NCBI RefSeq assembly: GCF_006345805.1
Contig: NW_021836717.1
Location: forward strand, 1-22,798
From: Octopus sinensis
Lineage: Eukaryota
Length of the DNA stretch: 22,798 nt
Reading direction: 5' to 3'
This document shows positions 10,384 to 20,100 of the stretch, in pieces (positions within the stretch are counted from its first letter, which is position 1; every line of letters starts with the position of its first letter). Position numbers and translations under genes: made by a program. Under the pieces are notes generated by a model. That model was not told the DNA's origin and did no database searches. It worked only from the letters and a program-made list of their open reading frames with translations.

Positions 10384-10990
10384 TTCTTATTTGAGAGGCG
10401 GGATACATCGGAGGATAATGGGCGGTCACCTTAGCTTGACAGTTTTCGTACCAGACTCGATTAAAAATCTTGATGATATCAAAAGCCAAAACGTTACTTT
10501 TCCCCATATTTGGCTCTGAAGTATCTGTTTGGGAAATGGATCAGTAATTACTCTCTTTGGTGATGGGACACATAAGTATAGTTTCCCAAACTGAGATAAA
10601 TACCAATTGAAAGAAAATGACGAATAACTTAGCACGAACAAGACTCAGAATTGAGGAGTACAATCTGAGAGCAGCACAAGGAGCACTGTCGGTCACGGTT
10701 GCTTCTATTATTAGCAATATAGTTACTCTTTGATATCCACGTGTATGTTATATTGAGGCGACTGGTGGTGGAGTAATAAAGTTCAAGAAGAGTTTAGCTA
10801 ATTGTTTGAAGCGTAGAACCTGACATAAAATTTTGCGCCTTTTGATCTGGAGGTACACTTCGAAAGTTGTGCAAGATGAAGAATTGCGAGCATGAGAATT
10901 CCAGATGAAGCATGGTTCGTAGAAGGATTCTGGTTGAGGAATGATAAGTTGGAAAATTCTAAGTGGTTAGACAGATTGCGGTGTATAGGA
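10384..10990 (-). pseudogene. Decayed LINE (CR1/Jockey-like) reverse transcriptase fragment
   Basis: Minus translation with frameshifts: LRLYSSILSLVRAKLF...SVWETILMCPITKESNY*SIS (consensus LAKLF...WK.A.V.PIPK...NYRPISL), then ESNVLAFDIIKIFNRVWYENCQAK (consensus ALDISKAFDRVWH). Confidence 0.8.
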
Positions 10991-11595
10991 GCCTGCATTG
11001 TGCTACGTAATTATAACTGTTAAAGATGTCGATCTCTGCCTGCTGAACAGCAAATGTTTAAGAAAAATGATTTATTAACAAGTGACTGTAAAAAAGGAAG
11101 AAATATAACACACAAATAAAGACAAATTCAGGCATTTCAAATTATACGAGCATCTTCAGAAACATGTGTGAAGAATACCATTTATTTGGAACAGCATGTG
11201 TGATCATTAAAAGGGAATTGAAGAAACGGCACTGAAATTAAATAGTTAATCATCAGACCTGCCACGTCTCTTGTATGCAATTAACGTTCAACAATTTCAG
11301 AGCAAGATATATTAGTTTCAGTATTTTTCCACGCGTTTCTACTCTGAAACCTAAAAGTGCGAACTTTGGTTTGGAAAACAATAAAAATGCAAAAATATCA
11401 ACCCAAATATAACAAAAGAAATAGTTGCTTCAATCATTTGCAAGAGGTAAAAGCGTGTTGACGGCTTATAATAAAAGCCGGAAGAAATACTCTCAACCCA
11501 AGTCTTCACAAAATCCTATGAATTACTATCACACTTTACATTATTGTATGTGTTATGCATATATATGTATGCATGGATACATAAGTATGCATGCA

Positions 11596-11651
<56 letters not shown>

Positions 11652-11693
11652 GTATGTATGTATGTATATATGTATGTATATATGTATATATAT

Positions 11694-11864
11694 AGTTGGA
11701 ATTTATAAAAAAAAACAAAAGACAAAGACAGGTGTATAAACAACAAGCAGGTGTATTAGTTTAACGCTCGGGAAGGTGAGAACGTCTTTTGCGTTTCGAG
11801 CCTATGCTCTTCAACAGAAAGGAACAAGTGAAAAAAAAAGCAAAAAAAAAAAAACAGAGAGAAT
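11694..11864 (-). mobile_element. Short HHR-bearing element embedded in (TA)n, distantly related to 18799-19005 and 21237-21448
   Basis: Contains the motif at 11786-11821; shares gtatta.t...acgctc.gga/aag and the 3' end -AACTA with the 18.8 kb and 21.3 kb copies. Confidence 0.6.
11786..11821 (-). ncRNA. Minimal hammerhead-like motif, core variant
   Basis: cttt CTGTTGA a gagc-atag-gctc GAAA cg CA aaag. Stems I and II are perfect; A6U and U16.1C depart from the canonical core. Confidence 0.55.
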
Positions 11865-12041
11865 TATATATATATATATATCGTGTACATGTCACCAGAT
11901 GTGTGAGCATTCATGTATGAATGTGTGTGTATATATATACATATACATACATGTGTGTGTATGTATGTATATACATATGTATATGTGCATATATACAGTA
12001 TATATATACACATGTATATATGTATATGTGTATATATACAG

Positions 12042-12080
<39 letters not shown>

Positions 12081-12426
12081 TATATATATATATGTAGTGT
12101 ATGTATGTACAAGTATGTGTATATATATCCTGCTTTTACTTGTTTCAATCATTTGAGTGAGGCCATTTGAATGTGGAACCAACTTGAATGGTTTTAGTCG
12201 AACAATCGACGTCAAGACTTTTTAAAGACTAGTATTTATTCTATCAATCTGTTTTGCCGAACTGCTAAGTTACGTGAAGTAAATGCACCAATACCGGTTG
12301 TCAAGCAGTGGTGATGAGACAAACAGTTACAAAGCTACACATACATATATGTACACACGTACACACACACACACACGCACGCATATATATATATATATAT
12401 CTATAGATATATATTATAATTATATA

Positions 12427-12682
12427 AAATAACAATAAGGGTCTTTGCAACAAGTTGCTTGACCACATACCGAAAATTTTAGAAATAGCAGCCAGAGGAC
12501 TGCTATTTCCTTTTACTACAAAAATATGTCTCCACAGACAACAATATTTGTAACTCACATATGGCAAATAAAGAAGAAAAGTAACGAAATCAAACAGTCC
12601 ACGGTCAATTATGGACGCACATTTCTGGATTAGAATCATAAGATTCATTTCCTTCATCAACATAATATTCCGATAAATAAAA

Positions 12683-12683
<1 letters not shown>
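12427..12683 (-). mobile_element. Nested HHR-bearing insert inside the SINE's (TA)n
   Basis: Non-SINE sequence flanked by (TA)n; contains the HHR at 12608-12666 and a 10-bp hairpin gaaatagcag/ctgctatttc (12482-12509). Confidence 0.65.
12608..12666 (-). ncRNA. Type I hammerhead ribozyme motif, slightly decayed
   Basis: attatg TTGATGA a gga-aat-gaatc-ttat-gattc-taa-tcc a GAAA t-gtgc-g TC cataat. Perfect 6-bp stem I, bipartite stem II, GUC cleavage triplet; C3U and a U.G pair at 15.2/16.2. Confidence 0.7.
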
Positions 12684-12741
<58 letters not shown>

Positions 12742-12984
12742 AGATTCTTTCAGTTTTCGTCTACCAAGTCCAATCACAAGGCTTTTATATATACTTAGCT
12801 ATTTGTTAGTATGAATAGTTTCACATTGCCGTTGATTGCAGATAGGAAGTTATATTTCAACACGCATATATTTCTCTGAGAGTTGCAAGATGTTCAGAAA
12901 AAATAACTGGGTTGGTCAGAAGGATGAATACAATGAATATTATGCAAGAATTGGATATGTAACTTGTGACAAGTGATATCACAT

Positions 12985-13190
12985 AATGATAGGAAACACA
13001 GAAGTAAACGTCTATACAATCAGTCATATAACACACTCTTTAAAAGTAATAACGTAAAAGTCAGTTACAGTTGTACCAAAGATTTTCTGTTGCTGCCATA
13101 TCAAGGATCATCAAAACAATTTTCAAAGCACATAGTTCAAACACTCTATATCATTGTAATTTCAGTAACATCATATGTTGTCTTAAGCGG
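12985..13190 (+). pseudogene. Penelope-like element RT-to-GIY-YIG linker relic
   Basis: LFKSNNVKVSYSC (NNVKVSYSC at 13048-13074) matches the PLE motif FNRNxVKVSYSCMPN; followed after frameshifts by ISRIIK and CNFSNIICCL, resembling CNCR...CPL. Confidence 0.65.
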
Positions 13191-13267
13191 TTACTATTCG
13201 ATTATTCACTGAGGGCAAAATATACGTAATCAGCGCTCAGCAATTTAAAAGCAAAATAGTTTCAGTT

Positions 13268-13371
13268 CTCTGCCATATGCCCGGGCATATGGCGTAGTGG
13301 TTAAGAGCACGGGCTACTAACCCCCAAGATTCCGAGTTATATTCCAAGCAGTGACCTGAATAATAATAATA

Positions 13372-13406
<35 letters not shown>

Positions 13407-13421
13407 AATAATAATAATATT

Positions 13422-13456
<35 letters not shown>

Positions 13457-13618
13457 CAACATCGAAAATACCTTAGGAATGAGAACCCAGGTTCGATATT
13501 TCCCCCAAGACACTTGAAGAAGGCTGGAGGGTATACCTGCCGAAACGTTGTTTTAACAACAAACAAGATGACAAATATCCGTTCAATGTAAATAATGTAA
13601 ATAATGTAAATAATGTAT
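13268..13618 (+). mobile_element. Complete tRNA-Ser(GCU)-like SINE carrying a hammerhead motif, with 15-bp TSD
   Basis: TSD aaaatagtttcagtt at 13253-13267 and 13619-13633. Head gggcatatggcgtagtggttaagagc...gggctactaaccc resembles the tRNA-Ser-GCT D and anticodon arms; degenerate B-box gagttatattcc; internal (AAT)/(GAT)n 13359-13460; HHR 13509-13554; tail (aatgtaaat)3-aatgta 13585-13617. Confidence 0.85.
13509..13554 (+). ncRNA. Minimal (dimer-type) hammerhead motif, decayed
   Basis: gacac TTGAAGA a ggc...gcc GAAA cg TT gtttt. Palindromic ACGT stem III; C3U and one stem I mismatch. Confidence 0.6.
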
Positions 13619-13659
13619 AAAATAGTTTCAGTTGCTTATTTTCCATTTCTACATTAAAA

Positions 13660-14310
13660 TGTGTATATTTCTCCTTAAGCCTGGCCTATGTATGCACATT
13701 CGTCCTTTTGTCTATCTTTTACATCACTACTATATTAGCTTCTGCAGTTCGAGGATAGCTGGGTTCGTGCCACCTCCATTTAAGCCCTCTCGAATCACTC
13801 ATCTCTACTTGTATTGTTTACTCTTCATCTACCATCAGGTCATATACTACTCACTGTCCAGTCCTATTTCTCTAAACCATTTACTCTCTAAAGCTTTCTT
13901 TTAAGTCATGAGCTTGACTTGTGACTGCTAAAGAACATTACTAATGTTGATCCACAGGTTTCGGAAAGATTGAGGCGGAAATGGCCACAAACTCTTCTTT
14001 GAGATCAAACTATTAAAAACGTTTAATCTATATTTTGTTTTTTATCTTTCAGTCAAGAAAGAAAGGTGGTGTCCAGAACCCTTTACAAGGTCTCCGTGTT
14101 TGGTAGAAAGGATGGAGCGAAGGTGGAAGATATTCTCAAACCGGGGACCAGCCCGAATACTTGCAACAGGGTGTATTCCTCTAAAGGTACCCAAGTTTCC
14201 ATGCCGTGGTTTTAACTTGCACAATGGATGAAATTTACGATCCAAGTAGCCCTCTTCCCCCAGTTTTGTTAAACCACCGCTCTGGATTGGGTAATCTTTA
14301 AACCTCTCCT
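13660..14310 (-). pseudogene. Decayed, internally deleted Penelope-like element (RT fingers, linker, GIY-YIG remnants)
   Basis: Minus translation gives, in PLE order: LGTFRG..IHPVASIRAGPRFENIFHLRSIL (cf. G.FYGLPK..RPIVS..GSP.ENIS..L..IL), PPQSFRNLWINISNVL (cf. PP.vaFRRp.NlrdiLV), ECAYIGQ (GIY-YIG YIG half-motif). Matches are loose. Confidence 0.45.
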
Positions 14311-14639
14311 GAAGGATGGAAGATAAAATTAACTTCAGTTATATTTGAACACAGAGCGCCGTGTGTCAGAAAAAATAACGCGAGAGATTCTCATACGATG
14401 CTCTAATGGTTTTGTCAATTCGATACATTTGTACACAACTTTCATAGCAAGGATACGAACTATTGACCATTCTACATCCATCCATCCATAATCACAGTGC
14501 ATTTTTATATATAAATTATGACGAGGGCGACGACGACGACAACGACGATAACGATAACGACAACGATGATGTATACAGTTAAGAATATAGAAAAGCGGAA
14601 GTGGAAAAATACGGGGGCGTAAAATCATGTTTCCTCATG

Positions 14640-14651
14640 GTGGTGGTAGTG

Positions 14652-14687
<36 letters not shown>

Positions 14688-14835
14688 AGAAAGAAAAGAC
14701 AGAAAGGAAAATAGAAAGCAGTGAAGGTAAAATATAATGGTAGTAGTGACAGAAGATTTGTTGGATGTGATTTGTAGTGGTAGTGGTAGTAGTAGTAGTG
14801 GTAGTAGTAGTAGTAGTAAGTAGTAGTAGTAGTAA

Positions 14836-14881
<46 letters not shown>

Positions 14882-14963
14882 TGTAGTAGTAGTTGTAGTA
14901 ATAGTAGTAGTAATAGTAGTAGTATTAGTAGTAGTAGTAGTAATAGTAGTAGTAGTAGTAGTA

Positions 14964-15007
<44 letters not shown>

Positions 15008-15093
15008 AGAAAGAAAAGACAGAAAGGAAAATAGAAAGCAAATGAAGGTAAAATATAATGGTAGTAGTGACAGAAGATTTGTTGGATGTGATT
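14640..15093. repeat. (TAG)n tracts with a tandemly duplicated 86/87-bp unique unit
   Basis: 14687-14772 and 15007-15093 are nearly identical (aagaaagaaaagacag...ggatgtgatt); each is preceded by (TAG)n. Confidence 0.9.
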
Positions 15094-15264
15094 AAGAAGA
15101 TTTATAAGTCAGACAAGGAGATGGTCGTGGATAAGGAATGGTATCAGAGTTAGAGGCTACAAGACAGAGAAGAGAAGAAAAAAATAAGGGGAGTTCGGAG
15201 AGAAGGAGAGAAAGAAAATACAAGGGAAAGGAATATGACGGAGAAGGAGCGGGAGAGGAATGAA

Positions 15265-15310
15265 AAGAAGAAGAAGAAGAAGAAGAAGAAGAAGAAGAGA
15301 AGAAGAAGAA

Positions 15311-15353
<43 letters not shown>

Positions 15354-15363
15354 GAGGAGGAGG
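15265..15363. repeat. (GAA)n/(GGA)n polypurine tract
   Basis: Direct reading. Confidence 0.95.
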
Positions 15364-16345
15364 AGAAATAATTGTAGTAGTAGGTACAGAAGAAGAAGAA
15401 GAAAGAGGAGGAGAAACAGAAGAGGCAAATAATGAAAAAGCAGAAGAATGAAAATAAGATGAAATAGAAGATGTGGAGGAGGAAGAAAGACAAATAACAG
15501 AAGTTCTGGGACAGAGAAAACAAAAACAAAAGAACAAAAACGAAAAAAAAAAAAAATAGGAGAGGCAAATACGAATCATTCCAACAAAATAAATACAAAG
15601 TCAATATCAGACTCTTTGGTGAAATTTATTTAGTTCATTCCTTCCTTTCTTCCTTTTTCCCGTCATTCTTTCTTTTCTTCTTCATTCTTTCTTTCAATCA
15701 TTTAATATTTTCATTTGTACAGTATTTCATGTATTAATGTCTGTCTTTTATTTCTTTTTATATTTCATATATCTATTTTTGTTTTCTTACGTTTTTAAAT
15801 TATTTCCTTTAAATCTGAGTTTGGAAAGTCTTATTTTCTTGAACATCTATTTATCATGGAGTCGACCAAGTGGAAACAGCTTAACAGGAAAAGGTGCAAA
15901 ACACATACATGGAAATGGGATTTCTGTTTTTTACTTTATTTTCATATGCTATTTATTAGGTTTCCATTTTATTTCCTGATTTCTTCTTTTATATTTATTA
16001 TCTGCCTTTTCGTACTTATCTTTTTTATATTTTTAAAACGATTTTTATTTTTGTTTTCATTCTTCGTATTTTTATTTTTGTTTTGTTATTATTTTCTTTA
16101 TACTTTTTTGTTTTTGCTTCTTTTCGGGGTTTAGAGCAAGCGGAGATTAAGCAGATTTCAAATATGGATACAAAACACAAATTGCACTCTAAAATAACGA
16201 CATAACTCTATCACTCTATCACACAAGAACAAACTCACCTACAATACGCGTACACAGACAAAACACACAAACTGCTACTATGTATGTATTTATGCATATT
16301 TCTAACTGAGCATATGTGTGTGTACTTATACTTGTACTATATATA

Positions 16346-16481
<136 letters not shown>

Positions 16482-17330
16482 TAGTATGTATATATATATA
16501 TGTATATATCAGTATTTATATATATACATAGATGTATGTGTGTGCGTATTCATATGCGAACACATGCACACACACACATATATAGGTACTTATAGGTATA
16601 TGTATTTTGAAGCATAAGTATGTATACATGAATATACATATATATATATACATGTATGTATATATGTATGTATATATATATGTAATTATACAAAAGTACA
16701 TATTCACGCGCACAAGAGGACACGAACACACGCATGATTATGAGAATATGCATAAAAACATTAGCTATAATATCCGACCAATCTACACAAACACGTCTGA
16801 AAACGAAATCACGCCGTGATACCGTGGAGAACATGTATAAAATCACTGATACATACATACATATGAGTACCTATAAACATATATATGTACATTTATATGT
16901 ATCTTTGTGCAATTTCTCTAATTTTTTTTTTATGAGCAGCAACAGTAATCATGGTTACTTTTCGAGTTCACTGTTATAATGTTGCCAGTTGTACGTATTT
17001 TTAAGTCTCGGATTTAAAGTCGTACCATATCTCTGCTTATCAGTTGTATCCGTAGTTTTAGAAATAATTAAGAAAAAAAAAAGCTTCTATAAATGTCTCA
17101 AGAGCTTTTCTTTTTGACTTATATCTTGCAACGTATTCCGGGGAATGATGGAATTGGCATACAGAAAACAATAAAAGCAGTTTTGAAAAATTTACTTTCG
17201 TGCATACATACATACATACATACATACATGCATACATATATATGTACGTACATACATATATACGTACATCTATGCTTTTCTGTGCGTGCATATATGTCTC
17301 TCTTTGTGTGTGTTGTGTATAAGCATATAC

Positions 17331-17363
<33 letters not shown>

Positions 17364-17381
17364 TGTATACATGGCTATATG

Positions 17382-17492
<111 letters not shown>

Positions 17493-17547
17493 ATGTATGT
17501 ATGTAGTATGTATATATCACACATCTGTATGTATATATACATACACA

Positions 17548-18382
17548 TACAGTGTGCGGTGAATATATTGTCACCTAATTTACGCAAAAATGAAAAATAC
17601 ACTCACATCTCATTTTAACAGATAAAAATATCTTGAAATACTGAACTGTGAATTCATTCAATAAAATTGCCATTGGCTTCAACTACGGCCTCCAGATGAC
17701 TTCGGAATCTTTTACAGTCCTTGTGAACGGTCTCCTCTTTTAAGCTGGTGAATGCTGCCATAATCCTTGTCTTCAGTTCATCTTTGGTGTCAGTAGAAGT
17801 TTTGTTGGTCTCTCGCACAACTGGGCCTCACACATAATAATTAAGGAGGTTGCAGTCTAGGAAGTTAGGTGGACAGATGTTAGGCGTGGTGTGGTCGCAG
17901 AAATTGTCTGACACCCATGACTGGTGTAGCATTGTGCAGAGTCCTGTTGCTAGACATAGGGTCTTCCAGCAGCCACCCTCTTGACCCAGGGCATCACTAT
18001 CTCCTCAAGGCACTTCATGTACGCATCTGTGTTGAATCTGAGGCCACGTGGGAAGATGAATGGAGGCATAACGTCGCCATCATTAATGATCACTCCAAAC
18101 ACCATGATGTTGAATGGATGTTTTGATTTTTATCACTCTCGGTACATATTTTGGGGACATTTTGTTGTCAGATTGACAACCAAAGCCCCTGAAATGTTCC
18201 GGTGCGAATGCCAAGTAGTACAAATTTCTGGCAGAATGAATTGCGTCATGGTGCTGTTTCTCTCACAGACGGTGTCCAACTGACCCTACTATACTTTGCA
18301 GTCGACAAAATCAAAAACAAACAATGCGTATGCAGGAAATTAGAAATATAAAATGGCTACAATTTACCCCTCGCATCCTGTA
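17548..18382 (-). mobile_element. Internally deleted Tc1/mariner element, maT/DD37D-like
   Basis: Imperfect TIRs tacagtgtgcggtgaatatattgtcacc (17548) and reverse complement tacaggatgcgaggggtaaattgtagcc (18382), TA ends, internal transposase relic. Confidence 0.85.
17654..18126 (-). pseudogene. C-terminal DDD transposase pseudogene
   Basis: HPFNIMVFGVIINDGDVMPPFIFPRGLRFNTDAYMKCLEEIVMPWVKRVAAGRPYV*QQDSAQCYTS / SWVSDNFCDHTTPNICPPNFLDCNLLNYYV*GPVVRETNK...RFRSHLEAVVEANGNFIE*. Two stops, one frameshift; N-terminal half and first catalytic D missing. Confidence 0.92.
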
Positions 18383-18717
18383 TGTATATATTTTCATATT
18401 CTTACAGCATGGCCATACTTATTAGTAAAGCAAACTTATATTATATTATATATTTTATAAGATACACACAGAGATGCACGTGCACACACATATACATACC
18501 TGCGCATATACATATATACCTATGTCTTGTGTATAGGGATAGCGGGTATGGCTGTGCGGGTGAGAAAATAGTTTCGTAAATTCATGGCTACTGCATCGGT
18601 AAAGGTATAGATATATGCATATACACTACATACATACATAAATACATACATACATACCTACAAGCACGCATACATACATACATACATACATATATGCATT
18701 TATACATACATACGTAC

Positions 18718-18748
<31 letters not shown>

Positions 18749-18798
18749 CATACATACATACATACATACATACATACATACATACATACATACATACA

Positions 18799-19005
18799 TA
18801 GTTAATCCAAACAAGAAAGCACAAAAAAAATACAACAACGCGAGGACGTGGAACAAATATAGTATTATTGGACGCTCAAGAAAGAAGGAAAGAAGGAGGG
18901 TTTAACGTTTCGAGCGGAGCTCTTCGTCGGAAACATAGAAGAAAAGATCCAGAGAAGGGAAGACAGAGGAAAAAAAATCGCCAACGGTACACACGAGGTC
19001 ACATT
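18799..19005 (-). mobile_element. About 210-bp HHR-bearing non-autonomous element between (TACA)n tracts
   Basis: Homologous along its length to 21237-21448 (opposite strand); the ORF track shows the matching peptides. Confidence 0.85.
18900..18934 (-). ncRNA. Minimal hammerhead motif (U4C)
   Basis: gttt CCGACGA a gagc-tcc-gctc GAAA cg TT aaac. Perfect stems I and II, palindromic ACGT stem III, single core change. Confidence 0.75.
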
Positions 19006-19169
19006 TTGAAAGATACATACATACATATATGATAGCTGTCCACTCGTAACCAAGGAAGGTCATCAATGACCATTAAAGAACGTTTTGCACTCAGACAAAA
19101 ATCGTACATAGCATTTGGGGATTCACTGATGGGAACAAATGAATCCAGCTCTTGATAAACACACACGTC

Positions 19170-20100
19170 CATAGATATTGCAGACTATGTTTCCTCCATT
19201 CATTACGTTACCGGTGCGTTTTCGAGCAGCTCGCTTACGTTCATCATGAAAAAAAACGTGGAATTTTCAAAACCTTTATCTCATTCCTTTTCCTCTTTCC
19301 CCCTTTGGTGGCAATGACAAGCATTGCTTTTCCAACTCATTTCCTATATCTCTCATAACTTCAAAAAGAAATTCACCACAATCCTTAAACCGTGGTCTTG
19401 GTTTCTGCTGGGGACGCTTCCCACGAACGAAGCAAATGCATACATACTCAAAAATTAAAACAGTCACCAAGTTAAAATACAACCGACCAGATATCGTTGT
19501 ATGGGACCACAAAGATATGTTCTGTTGTAGAAATCAGCTGCCCTAAAGCGGCGAGCTGGCAGAAACGTTAGCACACCGGGCGAAATGCTTAGCGGTATTT
19601 CGTCTGCCGTTACGTTCTGAGGTCGACTTTGCCTTTCATCCTGTCGGGGTCGATAAATTAAGTACCAGTTGCATACTGGGGTCGATGTAATCGACTTAAT
19701 CCGTTTGTCTGTCCTTGTTTGTCCTCTCTGTGTTTAGCCCCTTATGGGTAGTAAAGAAATAGGTATTTCGTCTGCCGTTACGTTCGAGTTCAAATTTCGC
19801 CGAGGTCGACTTTGCCTTCCATCCTGTCGGGGTCGTTAAATTAAGTACCAGTTGCATACTGGGGTCGATGTAATCGACTTAATCCGTTTGTCTATCCTTG
19901 TTTGTCCCCTCTATGTTTAGCCCCTTGTGGGCAATAATGGAATAAGAAATCAGCTGCCTTCTGGACATCAATTTGGTTAGAAAAATACAAGGGAAAGAGG
20001 GCATCTATGGACCATTGATAAGGCTTTGCAAATCCAACAACAAAATACACTTTCAACTTCATACCCATTATTACTGGAAGAAAAAGATACATACGAACCC
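19170..20100 (+). pseudogene. 3' relic of an RLE-type (R4/Dong-like) non-LTR retrotransposon, split by the SINE dimer
   Basis: CRLC zinc-knuckle start at 19179; NRPDIVVWDHK at 19481-19513; after removing the insertion and one TSD copy the frame reads VVEISCLLDINLVRKIQGKEGIYGPLIRLC; FIPIITG at 20058-20078. Order fits the CCHC plus PD-(D/E)xK RLE C-terminus. Confidence 0.75.
19544..19944 (+). mobile_element. Head-to-tail dimer of the 9348-9579 SINE family with one shared 14-bp TSD
   Basis: TSD agaaatcagctgcc at 19529-19542 and 19945-19958. Unit 1 (19544-19761) lacks the B-box segment; unit 2 (from 19762) lacks the A-box. Confidence 0.9.

Larger units (their letters stand above)
12134..12786 (-). 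mobile_element. 5'-truncated CORE-type SINE copy interrupted in its internal microsatellite
   Basis: 12134-12350 matches 8620-8830; 12745-12786 matches 8880-8920 (ttctttcagttttcgtctaccaagtccaatcacaaggcttt). About 260 bp of foreign sequence lies in the (TA)n. Confidence 0.85.

Noticed and set aside
11125-11165. Minus-strand ctgaaga tgctc...gaaa hammerhead-like words
   Set aside because: No stem II partner, no NUH triplet and no stem I closure.
13283-13356. tRNA-Ser-like sequence as a real tRNA gene
   Set aside because: No acceptor stem closure, degenerate T-loop, and it is part of a TSD-bounded SINE.
14053-14214. Strong plus-strand splice acceptor (ttttttatctttcAG) followed by open frames
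   Set aside because: Only weak donors follow, the peptides are unrecognisable, and the opposite strand is better explained as a PLE relic.
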